A DNA stretch of 33,046 bases, from the NCBI GenBank assembly GCA_032118285.1, contig JAULXU010000048.1, forward strand, positions 1 to 33,046. Reading direction: 5' to 3'. The position numbers were made by a program, and so were the translations under genes. Shown here piece by piece: positions 16,588-25,079 of the stretch; position 1 is the stretch's first letter; the number at the start of each line of letters is the position of its first letter. The notes under the pieces were generated by a model. That model saw only the letters and a program-made list of their open reading frames with translations. It did no database searches and was not told the DNA's origin. The stretch is from Ilumatobacteraceae bacterium (GTDB lineage Bacteria; Actinomycetota; Acidimicrobiia; Acidimicrobiales; Ilumatobacteraceae).

Positions 16588-19500
16588 TCAGCGGTAGTCG
16601 CGACTCGGGACGGTCGCCGGTGCGAGCAACGGCGAGAGCGTCTCGGCCACCACGTTCACCGCACCGTCCACCCTCTCCATCCGTCCGCGCACGAGCAGTG
16701 CAGGGGCGTCGCGCGCGATGTCGCGGTGGCGCATCCAGCATCCCCGCGAGCACACGACGTTGACCAGTCCCGTCTCGTCCTCGAGGCTGATGAACGTCGT
16801 TCCCCCCGCACTCGGCGGACGCTGCCGGTGCGTCACCAGGCCGGCGATCGTCACCCGTGATCCGTGTTCGGCCGCGGCCAATCCCTCCGCCGTCGTCACG
16901 CCACGGGCATCGAGTTGTGCGCGCAGGAACACGGTGGGGTGCCCGTCGGGAGAGATGCCCGTGGCCCACAGGTCGGCCACGGCCACCTCGACGGGTTCCA
17001 TCCCCGGCAGCACCGGACGCGTGGTGAGACCGAGCACTCCCCGCAGACGGTCGCCGGCCGGGGGATGGGACCCTGCCTCCCACAGCGCGTCGCGCCGCCC
17101 GGCGCCGAGCGAGGAGAACACACCGGCCGTGGCCAGGGCCTCCATCTGTGCGCGGTTGATGCGTGGAACCCTCTCGGAGAGGTCCTCCATGGAGGCATAG
17201 GGAGCACCCGCGGCGATCTCGCGCGCGAGTCCTGCTCCCACGCCCCGCACCGAGCCGATGCCGAGCCGCACAGCCAGGCCCCCGCGGGACTCGGGGCACG
17301 CCTCGAGCACCGCGCCGGCACCCGAGGCGTTGACGTCGGGCGTGTGCACCACGACGCCGTGACGCCGCGCGTCGCGCACGAGCGTGTGGGGGGACCAGAA
17401 ACCCATGGGCTGGGCGTCGAGCAGCGCGGCGCAGAAGATCGCCGGCTCGTGCAGTTTGATCCATGCCGAGGCGTAGACGAGGTAGGCGAAGCTCACGGAG
17501 TGGCTCTCGGGGAATCCGTAGCTGGCGAAGGCCGCCATCTTGTCGAAGATGGCCGCGGCGACGTCGCGCGGGATGCCGCGCTCGGCCATTCCCGCGTGCA
17601 GGCGTTCCTCGAGTTCCTTCATGCGCGCGCGCGACCGCTTCGAGCCCATCGCCTGGCGCAAGCGGTCGGCCTCGGCGGGGGTGAACCCGGCCACGTCGAT
17701 GGCCATCTGCATGAGTTGCTCCTGGAACAACGGCACGCCGAGGGTCTTGGCCAGCGAGTTCTCCAGCAGGGGATGCAGGTAGGTCACCGCTTCCCTGCCG
17801 TTGCGGCGCCGGATGTAGGGGTGCACCGATCCGCCCTGGATGGGGCCGGGCCGGATGAGGGCCACCTCCACCACGAGGTCCCAGAAGGTGCGCGGCCGCA
17901 GGCGCGGCAGGGTGGACATCTGGGCGCGCGACTCCACCTGGAAGACCCCCACCGTGTCGGCCCGGCAGAGCATCTCGTACACCGCGTCCTCCTGGGGGAT
18001 GGTCGCGAGGTCGAGGGGTGCGCCGCGGTGCAGGGCGAACAGGGTGGAGGCGTTCGACAGGGCCGAGAGCATCCCCAGGCCGAGGAGGTCGAACTTGACC
18101 AGACCGATGGCCGCGCAGTCCTCCTTGTCCCACTGCAGCACGCTGCGGTTCTCCATGCGCGCCCACTCCACCGGGCACACCTCGACGATGGGGCGATCGC
18201 ACATCACCATCCCCCCCGAGTGGATGCCGAGGTGACGGGGCATGCCCTCCGCCTCCGCGGCCAGTTCGAGCACGAGGGGCGGTATGTCGCAGTCGGCGCG
18301 ACCGATCGAGGACGCCACCGTTCCCCAGGCATCCACCTGCCGGCTCCATGCGTCCTGTTCGGCCGCGCCGTGACCGAGGGCGCGGGCCATGTCGCGCACC
18401 GCCGAACGCGGGCGGTACGTGATGACGTTGGCCACCTGGGCGGCGTGCAGGCGCCCGTGGCGCTCCCAGACGTACTGGATGACCTCCTCGCGCCGGCCGC
18501 TCTCGATGTCCACGTCGATGTCGGGAGGACCGTCCCGCTCGGGCGAGAGGAATCGCTCGAAGAGCAGCCCGAGCGCCACCGCATCGGCCTTGGTGATGCC
18601 GAGAGCGAAACACACCGCGCTGTTGGCCGCGCTGCCCCTCCCCTGGCACAGGATCCCCCGTTCCTCGCAGAAGCGCACGATGTCCCACACCACGAGGAAA
18701 TACCCCGCGAACCCGAGCGCACCGATGACGGACAGTTCGTGGTCGATGGTGCGCCACGCCCGGGTGCACAGGTCGCCGTCGCCGCCGCGCGGGCCGTAGC
18801 GCCGGGTGGCGCCCTCCTCCACGAGGGCCCGCAGATGCGACATCTCGTCCCTTCCCTCGGGACAGGGGAACGGCGGCAGGCGCGGCGCGACGAGGGCGAG
18901 ATCGAAGGCCGCGGCCGAGGCCACCTCGACGGTGCGTTCGACGACGCCGGGATGACGCGCGAAGCGGCGGAGCTGTTCGGCGCCCGAGCGCAGGCACGCC
19001 GCGGCCGAGGCCGGGAGTTCGTGGTCGATCTCGTCGAGGGAAGATCTCCGGCGCACGGCGGCGAAGGCCGCCGCCAGCCGGTGCCGGGACGGAACCGCGT
19101 ACGCCACGTCGTTCGTCGCCACGCACTCGACACCCACCGACGCCGCGACGCGCACGAGCTGGTCGTTGCGCACCGCGTCGAGCGGATCGCCGTGGTCCCA
19201 CAGTTCGACGAGGACGTTGGCGCGACCGTGCATCTCGGCGAGCAGGCCGAGTGCGCGCACGGCCGCGGCCGGACCGTGGTCGAACAACGCGCGGGGCACC
19301 ACGCCACGGGCGCCGCCCGTGAGCACCGTGCACGTCCCGGCCAGGGTGGAGGCCACCGTGGCGGCGTCGAAGACGGGAGCGCCCTTGCTGCCGGCGAGCT
19401 GACCCTCGCTCACGGCGCGCGCCATGCGCGCGTATCCCGACGGGCCGCGGGCGATCGCCACGATGTCCCCCGGGGAGGCCCACGGACCGGTGCAGGCGAT

Positions 19501-19725
19501 CTCGGTGCCAAAGACGGTCGGCACACCGGGAGCCCGGGCGGCGGCGGCGAAGCGGACCACGCCGTAGAGACCGTTGCGGTCGGTGAGGGCGAGCCCCGAC
19601 AGCCCGAGTGCGGCGGCGCGGTCGACGAGTTCCTCGGGGGAGGACGCCCCCTCGAGAAAGGAGAAGTTCGAACGGCAGTGCAGTTCGGCGTAGGGCACCG
19701 TGTGTCGGGACCGTGATCCGTCCAT
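16588..19725 (-). CDS. dnaE2: Error-prone DNA polymerase III alpha-type subunit DnaE2 (ImuC)
   Basis: 1045 aa. The PHP-domain N-terminus is YAELHCRSNFSFLEGASSPEELV...LALTDRNGLYG. The polymerase core aligns throughout. An SOS box lies just upstream. Confidence 0.95.
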   Translation of the reverse strand: MDGSRSRHTVPYAELHCRSNFSFLEGASSPEELVDRAAALGLSGLALTDRNGLYGVVRFAAAARAPGVPTVFGTEIACTGPWASPGDIVAIARGPSGYARMARAVSEGQLAGSKGAPVFDAATVASTLAGTCTVLTGGARGVVPRALFDHGPAAAVRALGLLAEMHGRANVLVELWDHGDPLDAVRNDQLVRVAASVGVECVATNDVAYAVPSRHRLAAAFAAVRRRSSLDEIDHELPASAAACLRSGAEQLRRFARHPGVVERTVEVASAAAFDLALVAPRLPPFPCPEGRDEMSHLRALVEEGATRRYGPRGGDGDLCTRAWRTIDHELSVIGALGFAGYFLVVWDIVRFCEERGILCQGRGSAANSAVCFALGITKADAVALGLLFERFLSPERDGPPDIDVDIESGRREEVIQYVWERHGRLHAAQVANVITYRPRSAVRDMARALGHGAAEQDAWSRQVDAWGTVASSIGRADCDIPPLVLELAAEAEGMPRHLGIHSGGMVMCDRPIVEVCPVEWARMENRSVLQWDKEDCAAIGLVKFDLLGLGMLSALSNASTLFALHRGAPLDLATIPQEDAVYEMLCRADTVGVFQVESRAQMSTLPRLRPRTFWDLVVEVALIRPGPIQGGSVHPYIRRRNGREAVTYLHPLLENSLAKTLGVPLFQEQLMQMAIDVAGFTPAEADRLRQAMGSKRSRARMKELEERLHAGMAERGIPRDVAAAIFDKMAAFASYGFPESHSVSFAYLVYASAWIKLHEPAIFCAALLDAQPMGFWSPHTLVRDARRHGVVVHTPDVNASGAGAVLEACPESRGGLAVRLGIGSVRGVGAGLAREIAAGAPYASMEDLSERVPRINRAQMEALATAGVFSSLGAGRRDALWEAGSHPPAGDRLRGVLGLTTRPVLPGMEPVEVAVADLWATGISPDGHPTVFLRAQLDARGVTTAEGLAAAEHGSRVTIAGLVTHRQRPPSAGGTTFISLEDETGLVNVVCSRGCWMRHRDIARDAPALLVRGRMERVDGAVNVVAETLSPLLAPATVPSRDYR

Positions 19726-19736
19726 CCCGACACACT

Positions 19737-19753
19737 ACCGAACATATGTTCGC
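19737..19753. promoter_or_regulatory. LexA operator (SOS box) of dnaE2
   Basis: CGAAC-ATAT-GTTCG is a perfect palindrome at 19739-19752. It abuts a minus-strand TAGTGT -10 box (19737-19732), which lies 6 nt from ATG 19725. Confidence 0.85.
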
Positions 19754-19759
19754 CTCTTT

Positions 19760-19780
19760 GCGGGCCGGGTCCCGGCCCGC
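19760..19780 (-). terminator. GC-rich hairpin downstream of the Nudix gene
   Basis: GCGGGCCGG and CCGGCCCGC form a 9-bp stem with a 3-nt loop. There is no U-tract. It sits between the Nudix stop (19787) and the dnaE2 SOS box. Confidence 0.3.
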
Positions 19781-19786
19781 CCGTCA

Positions 19787-20335
19787 TCAACCGGGGTGCT
19801 GCAGGCGACGACGGGCGGCTTCGAGGGCCCCGTCGAGGGCGGCATCGGCCACGAGAACGGCGTCGCTCCAGGCGAACCAGGCCACCTGCGCGCTCTCCCC
19901 CTCTGCCGGCTCGGGGTCGACGAGGGGCGAGGACAGGAGGAACCGCAGGTCGAGATGGGTGTGTCCGCGGGGACCGGGGTGCACGTCGACGTGCAGGAAC
20001 GAACGGTCGCCGAACCAGGGCCGCACCGGCAGTCCCGTCTCCTCCCGGGCCTCGCGCACCGCGGCGGCGAGGGGATCCTCACCGGTCTCGATGTGGCCCC
20101 CGGGTTGGATCCACATGCCGAGTCTCTTGTGGAGATGGAGCACGGTGCGGGTTCCGTCCTCGCTCACGACGATGGCCGACGCCGTGACGTGCACCGGATC
20201 GGCCGACTCGTCGAAGGGTCGCGCGAGCAGGGGTGCGACACGGCGGAACTCGTCGATCGACGCCCGTTCGCGCGCATCGACAGGATCGTGTCCGTCGAGC
20301 ACCCCGCACCACTGCCCGATCGACATCGTGTCCAC
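19787..20335 (-). CDS. NUDIX hydrolase
   Basis: The Nudix box GHIETGEDPLAAAVREAREETGL fits Gx5Ex7REUxEExGU. Start is GTG 20335 or ATG 20326. Confidence 0.88.
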   Translation of the reverse strand: MDTMSIGQWCGVLDGHDPVDARERASIDEFRRVAPLLARPFDESADPVHVTASAIVVSEDGTRTVLHLHKRLGMWIQPGGHIETGEDPLAAAVREAREETGLPVRPWFGDRSFLHVDVHPGPRGHTHLDLRFLLSSPLVDPEPAEGESAQVAWFAWSDAVLVADAALDGALEAARRRLQHPG

Positions 20336-20413
20336 GGGGCGAGTGTGTCATGCAGCCGTCGCCGTCCCGTCGTCGGAGAACGTCGGTCATCAGGGAACGG
20401 TGATCGTCGGACC

Positions 20414-21883
20414 TCAGTCGTGGCGCGCGAGCAGCGACCATGCGTGCTCCTCGAGCCCGACGAGGAGCACGCCCACCGAGCCGCGGGAATCGCGCACGAG
20501 CAACTGCAGACGCACGTGGCGTCGGCGACGACGGGCGTCCCACCATCTCTCCTCCACCGGCCAGGGCCCGGCCAGACGCAGCACCTCCCAGGAGAACGCA
20601 CCGGAGCGCAGGAGCACCGGTGCGGGAACGAGTTCGTGGCGGGCCGTCACGCGCACGGGCTCGCCGCCCTCCCCGAGCAGTTCGGCGGGACGGGGTCGGG
20701 CCAGCACGCGCGCGGGCACGGGACGCGGAAGGGAGCCCGACCACTCGCGCGCCGCTCCCTCTCCCCGTTCCACCCGGCGCAACGCCGCCTCCTCGTCGGC
20801 GAGGTCCACGTGCCCCACCGGCACGCGCGCATACACCTGCGCCGGGTCGCGTCCGCCCTCCCAGCGCGGCACCGACACCTCGACGCGGGGATCCACCGCC
20901 GCCGCAAGCGATGCGGCGCGGGCGGCCCGCTCGCTGTTCTCGCGCCGGCCGCCCCACAGGAGGGGTTGCACCGCGAGGTGCGCGCGGCACTCCAGTGCCG
21001 CCACCTCCACCGACGTGATGCCCCGCGATGCGGGATCGCCGCCGGATACACCGGCCACCTGCGCCGCGACGCGCGAGACGATGCCCGCCGCTCCGAAGCC
21101 GCGCGTCTCGGTCCAGATGCGGCTCGTCCTGGCGCCGTCGTCCCCCTCGCAGGTGAGCAGGAGACGCACGCACTGACGTCCGTGCGCCGCCACGCGCGCG
21201 ACGAGATCCTCCGCGGCCGGTCGCACCGAGGTCGCCACGATCGCCCCGTCGTCCACGGGATCCTCGAATGTCACGGTGGCGGTGTGGTCGCGGGGGACCG
21301 CCGCCGGATCGAAGATGCGTACGTCACCGCCCGACACGAGCACGTGCACGCGCCGCCCCTGCTCGCCGAAGCGATCCACGAGGGCGGGTTCCCCGAGCGC
21401 TGCCACCGCCCCGCAGGTGCGCAGACCGAGACGACCGAAGAGGTCCACGACGGAGGGATCCACCTCACCCACCCGGGCCAGGGCGGCCACTGGCAGCGCG
21501 GCGAGGAACCCCGGCGTGTCCTCTTTCTCCACCACCCGGGGCGATCCCGCGACGTGCGCCATCCGGGCCGCCGCCGCGGCGGCGAACCGGGATCCTGCGA
21601 TGCCCACGCCCCACCCGGTCGCGGCTGCGGTCGTCTCTGCGAGGCCGGCAACGAGCGCATGGAGACGCGCCGCCAGGGCCCGATCGCCCCCGAAATACCG
21701 CGACGGGCCGCGCGCCGGGAAGACGAGGGTGCCCGTGTCCTCCACTTCGATGAGGGCGGCCACGTCCGACACGGCCCGCACCACGGACTCGAAAGCGTGA
21801 CGGGCCACCTCCTCCCCGCTCCAGGCCTCCTCCCAACCGGGGAAGACGAGGACCACCGATCTCGTCGCTACGCGTCCCGCCAT
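20414..21883 (-). CDS. imuB: ImuB, Y-family-polymerase-like mutasome adaptor
   Basis: 489 aa from ATG 21883. Its N-terminus has a Y-family fold pattern (VVLVFPGWEE...LIEVEDTGTLVFPARGPSRYFGG). It lies between imuA' and dnaE2. The Arg-rich upstream 157 codons are rejected. Confidence 0.85.
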   Translation of the reverse strand: MAGRVATRSVVLVFPGWEEAWSGEEVARHAFESVVRAVSDVAALIEVEDTGTLVFPARGPSRYFGGDRALAARLHALVAGLAETTAAATGWGVGIAGSRFAAAAAARMAHVAGSPRVVEKEDTPGFLAALPVAALARVGEVDPSVVDLFGRLGLRTCGAVAALGEPALVDRFGEQGRRVHVLVSGGDVRIFDPAAVPRDHTATVTFEDPVDDGAIVATSVRPAAEDLVARVAAHGRQCVRLLLTCEGDDGARTSRIWTETRGFGAAGIVSRVAAQVAGVSGGDPASRGITSVEVAALECRAHLAVQPLLWGGRRENSERAARAASLAAAVDPRVEVSVPRWEGGRDPAQVYARVPVGHVDLADEEAALRRVERGEGAAREWSGSLPRPVPARVLARPRPAELLGEGGEPVRVTARHELVPAPVLLRSGAFSWEVLRLAGPWPVEERWWDARRRRRHVRLQLLVRDSRGSVGVLLVGLEEHAWSLLARHD

Positions 21884-21891
21884 GTGGGCTC

Positions 21892-22575
21892 CTAGCGGTG
21901 CCGCGACGCATCGGCGGCGGGCATCTGCAGCACGCACATCGGCGAGCCGTGCACCCGTCGACCCGAGGCGCGCACCTCCACCGTGCGGGCCCGGGCGTGC
22001 AGGTCGAAATCCCACGAACGGGTGCGCGCCCGCAACGACACGTCGACGGCAAAGGCTCCGGGAGCGCCGGCGAACACGAGGACCGTTCCCGCGGCCCGGG
22101 CCCGCGAGGCGAGTCGCCGCGCCTCGGCATCGACGCACGCGGGTGCCTCGGCAACGACGATGTCGAAACCGTCGAGCAACGTGCCGAGCACGCGCAGGCG
22201 TCGTTCGTCGCGCCCCGGACCCTCTCCGCTCGAGACGCACACGGTGCGCTCGAGTGCCACGTCGTTCTCGCGCGCCGCGAGGAGACCCGCGTGATCCATG
22301 TCGAGCAGCACGATCCACGACCCCGCCCGCGTGGCCGGCGCCACGAGCGTCCACAGCAGCGACAGTGGTGCGTCCCCGCCGCAGGCGTAGACGCGACCGC
22401 GCTCCACCCCGCCACGCGGCAGGAGCGGGGCGAGTGCGGCCGGAGCGGGCAGGGTGCCGAGGCCGGCATCGTCGAGGGCGGCGACATCGGCGGCGAGACG
22501 ACCGGCCGTGGTGATGCGATCGCGCAGGCGCGCGGGGACGAGATCGGCGGGCGAGGCGACGGGGATGCGGGCCAT
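21892..22575 (-). CDS. imuA': ImuA'-like protein (RecA-fold-like SOS cassette component)
   Basis: 227 aa, ending 8 nt upstream of imuB, with a perfect SOS box 12 nt upstream. The assignment rests mainly on position and size in the cassette. Sequence recognition is weak. Confidence 0.7.
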   Translation of the reverse strand: MARIPVASPADLVPARLRDRITTAGRLAADVAALDDAGLGTLPAPAALAPLLPRGGVERGRVYACGGDAPLSLLWTLVAPATRAGSWIVLLDMDHAGLLAARENDVALERTVCVSSGEGPGRDERRLRVLGTLLDGFDIVVAEAPACVDAEARRLASRARAAGTVLVFAGAPGAFAVDVSLRARTRSWDFDLHARARTVEVRASGRRVHGSPMCVLQMPAADASRHR

Positions 22576-22586
22576 GCCCGCAGGGT

Positions 22587-22604
22587 ACCGAACAGGTGTT
22601 CGGT
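22587..22604. promoter_or_regulatory. LexA operator (SOS box) of imuA'-imuB
   Basis: ACCGAAC-AGGT-GTTCGGT is a perfect 7+4+7 palindrome. It overlaps a minus-strand TACCCT -10 box (22587-22582) by 1 nt. That box lies 6 nt from ATG 22575. Confidence 0.88.
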
Positions 22605-22624
22605 CCGCCTCCTACCCGAACGGG

Positions 22625-23074
22625 TCAGCCGTTCTTGGCGGCCCAGCGTTCCCGGGCGAGACGGCTGCGCTCGGCCAGATTCGCCGGGATGCGGGAATCC
22701 CCCGCCGGGGCACCGTCGGCGGCCGGTGCGGCCGCGGCCTCGGGGGCCGCCTCGGCCACCAGGTCCTCGGGCCGCGGAGGGGTCATGCCCGGCTTCCAGT
22801 ACTGGTACAGGTCGCGCACGATGTCCTCGAGGCCGGCGGCGGTGGCGTTGGGGGCGAGGGTGACCGTGACGATGTTGGAGAACACGTGGACACCGGCCAC
22901 CCGGCCCGTCTCGAAGAGCCTGCGGGCGAGCACGGCGGCCGAACGCGGCCCGACGGCCTCGGCGGCGGACCCGAAGCGTTCGTGGCCCATTCCCGTGAGG
23001 GAGCGATTCGTCTCGAACCTCACGACCGAGGGCGATGCCCCCTGCTTCTCCTCGACTGCCACCGGCTGACCCAT
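22625..23074 (-). CDS. Hypothetical protein, possibly Nfu/NifU-N-terminal-like, with a Pro/Ala-rich tail
   Basis: 149-aa ORF with good third-position GC. TAGCCT lies 5 nt upstream of the ATG. The pattern VVRFETNRSLTGMG...VHVFSNIVTVTL loosely resembles the Nfu_N scaffold domain. The function call is weak. Confidence 0.7.
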   Translation of the reverse strand: MGQPVAVEEKQGASPSVVRFETNRSLTGMGHERFGSAAEAVGPRSAAVLARRLFETGRVAGVHVFSNIVTVTLAPNATAAGLEDIVRDLYQYWKPGMTPPRPEDLVAEAAPEAAAAPAADGAPAGDSRIPANLAERSRLARERWAAKNG

Positions 23075-23187
23075 GCCGAGAGGCTAGTCAGCACGGCCCC
23101 GGCTTCGCCGACCCCTCGGGTGCGCCGATACCGTACGCCCCGAGGCCCGGACCACGGTCCGTGCCTCCCGACCCGAAGGAGTCCCCC

Positions 23188-24429
23188 ATGGCCGACATCG
23201 ATCTCGACACCTTCCAGGCAGAGGCCCTCGCCTTTCTCGAGGCCAACGCCGTGCGTCGACCCGCCGAGAAGGCGTTCGTGTGGGGCGAGGGCTCCGACAC
23301 CTTCTACCGCGAGCGCGATCGCGCCGCCGAGGGTGCCGAGGCCGAGGAAGCCAAGCGGTGGCGGCAGCAGAAGTTCGACGCCGGCTTCGGCTGGATCTCG
23401 GGACCCGTGAAGCACGGCGGTCGCGGACTGCCGCCCTCCTACGACCGGGCCTGGCGCCAGCTCGAGTCGCAATTCAAGGTGCCCGATCAGGGATCCTTCA
23501 CCATCAGCCTCGGCATGGTCGCTCCCACCATCGAGGCCCACGGCAGCGAGCGCGCCGTCGACCTCTATCTCCGTCGCCTGTGGCGCGGGGAGATCATCGG
23601 CGCACAGCTCTTCTCCGAGCCCGGCGCCGGGTCCGACCTCGCCTCGCTCACCACGCGCGCGGTCCGGGACGGCGACGAGTGGATCATCACCGGCCAGAAG
23701 GTCTGGACGTCCGGCGCCCACTACTCGGACATCGGCGAGGTCCTGTGCCGCACTGACTGGGACATGCCCAAGCACAAGGGTCTCACCGCCTTCGTCATCG
23801 ACCTCAAGGATCCCGCCGTCGAGATCCGCCCCCTCCGCCAGATGACGGGCGGCGCCAGCTTCAACGAGGTGTTCTTCAACGAACTGCGCGTGCCCGACGA
23901 CCACCGTCTCGGCGACGTGAACAACGGCTGGGGTGTCGCGCTCACCACGCTGATGAACGAGCGCGCGTCGATCGGGGACAACAACGCCGGGGACGCGAAC
24001 CTCCTCGTGAGGGTGCGCGCGATGGTGGCCCACTACGGCCTCGACAAGGACCCGCTCGTGCGCCACGAGCTCGCCGACCTCATCATGAACTACCGCATCG
24101 CAGCGCTCAACGCCATGCGCACCGCAGCCCAGGCCAAGGCCGGCAAGACCCCGGGACCGGAGGGCTCCATCTCCAAGATGGTGCTCGTCAACAACCAGGC
24201 CCGCCTGGTGCGTTTCCTCTCCCACGTGCTCGGGCCCAAGCTCGTCGCCGACTCGGGCGAGTGGGGCACCTACGCCTGGTCGTCCATGGTGCTGGGTGCC
24301 GCCGGACTGCGCATCGCGGGCGGTTCCGACGAGGTGATGCGCAACATCGTGGGCGAGCGGGTGCTCGGGCTCCCGAAGGAGCCGGGCATCGATTCCACCT
24401 CGGCCTTCAAGGACATCCGCACGTCCTGA
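23188..24429 (+). CDS. Acyl-CoA dehydrogenase (FadE family)
   Basis: AAGGAG sits 7 nt upstream of the ATG. Contains FSEPGAGSDLASLTTRAVRDGDEWIITGQKVWTSGA and GGSDEVMRNIVGERVLGLP. Confidence 0.93.
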   Translation: MADIDLDTFQAEALAFLEANAVRRPAEKAFVWGEGSDTFYRERDRAAEGAEAEEAKRWRQQKFDAGFGWISGPVKHGGRGLPPSYDRAWRQLESQFKVPDQGSFTISLGMVAPTIEAHGSERAVDLYLRRLWRGEIIGAQLFSEPGAGSDLASLTTRAVRDGDEWIITGQKVWTSGAHYSDIGEVLCRTDWDMPKHKGLTAFVIDLKDPAVEIRPLRQMTGGASFNEVFFNELRVPDDHRLGDVNNGWGVALTTLMNERASIGDNNAGDANLLVRVRAMVAHYGLDKDPLVRHELADLIMNYRIAALNAMRTAAQAKAGKTPGPEGSISKMVLVNNQARLVRFLSHVLGPKLVADSGEWGTYAWSSMVLGAAGLRIAGGSDEVMRNIVGERVLGLPKEPGIDSTSAFKDIRTS

Positions 24430-25056
24430 TCAGCCGCCACCGAGGTTCCAGGACCTCCGGTGGAGGTCCGTGGTGCCGCACCGGGCGATGGCCTCGGTGT
24501 GGCCCGCCGAGCCGTATCCCTTGTTGCCCGCCCATCCATAGGAGGGATGGAGGCCGTCGAGACGCACCATGAGGGCGTCGCGGGCCACCTTGGCCAGAAC
24601 GCTGGCGGCGGCCACGCAGGCCACGTCACGGTCTGCCTTGGCGCGCAGGACCACGCGCGGTCCGTCACTCTCCTCGAGCAGGAACGAGGTCGTGCCGTCG
24701 AGGACCACCACGTCTGGCGCCGATCCGAGTGCGCCGAGTGCCCGGCTGCCCGCCAGGCCGAGCGCGGCCATGATGCCGACACGGTCGATCTCGTCGGCGC
24801 TCGCTTCCCCGAGAGCCCATGCGGTGCACCACTTCTCGATGACGGGCACCATCGCCTCGCGACGTCGCGGCGTGAGCATCTTGGAGTCGGCCAGTCCCTC
24901 GGGAGCGGGACCGGTGCGCGCGTCGACGACGACCACCCCGACCATGACCGGTCCGGCGAGCGCGCCGCGTCCCACCTCGTCCATGCCCGCCACGGTGCGC
25001 ACTCCCGACCGGATCAGTTCGTCCTCGACCTCCCTCGTCGGAACGACCCGCGCCAT
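24430..25056 (-). CDS. rnhB: Ribonuclease HII
   Basis: Contains AGMDEVGRGALAGPV, DSKMLT, ASVLAKV and GYGSAGH. Its stop codon abuts the stop of the acyl-CoA dehydrogenase gene (TGATCA). Confidence 0.93.
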   Translation of the reverse strand: MARVVPTREVEDELIRSGVRTVAGMDEVGRGALAGPVMVGVVVVDARTGPAPEGLADSKMLTPRRREAMVPVIEKWCTAWALGEASADEIDRVGIMAALGLAGSRALGALGSAPDVVVLDGTTSFLLEESDGPRVVLRAKADRDVACVAAASVLAKVARDALMVRLDGLHPSYGWAGNKGYGSAGHTEAIARCGTTDLHRRSWNLGGG

Positions 25057-25062
25057 GGCGCC

Positions 25063-25072
25063 AGCGTAGGCT
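25063..25072. promoter_or_regulatory. Two overlapping, divergent candidate -10 boxes in a 23-bp intergenic region
   Basis: The sequence is AGCGTAGGCT. The minus-strand box TACGCT (25068-25063) lies 6 nt from the rnhB ATG at 25056. The plus-strand box TAGGCT (25067-25072) lies 7 nt from GTG 25080. Confidence 0.4.
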
Positions 25073-25079
25073 CCCTCCC

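Noticed and set aside
16538-19735. Very long alternative-frame or antisense ORFs over dnaE2: 1065 aa on the minus strand, and 950 aa on the plus strand (16864-19716)
   Set aside because: dnaE2 homology is unambiguous in the 16588-19725 frame. These ORFs are Arg/Gly/Pro-rich shadows that stay open only because stop codons are rare at about 70% GC.
20378-20389. SOS-box-like GAAC-GTCG-GTCA upstream of the Nudix gene
   Set aside because: The right half-site has two mismatches to GTTC, and the extended symmetry of the two genuine boxes is missing. It is probably not a LexA site.
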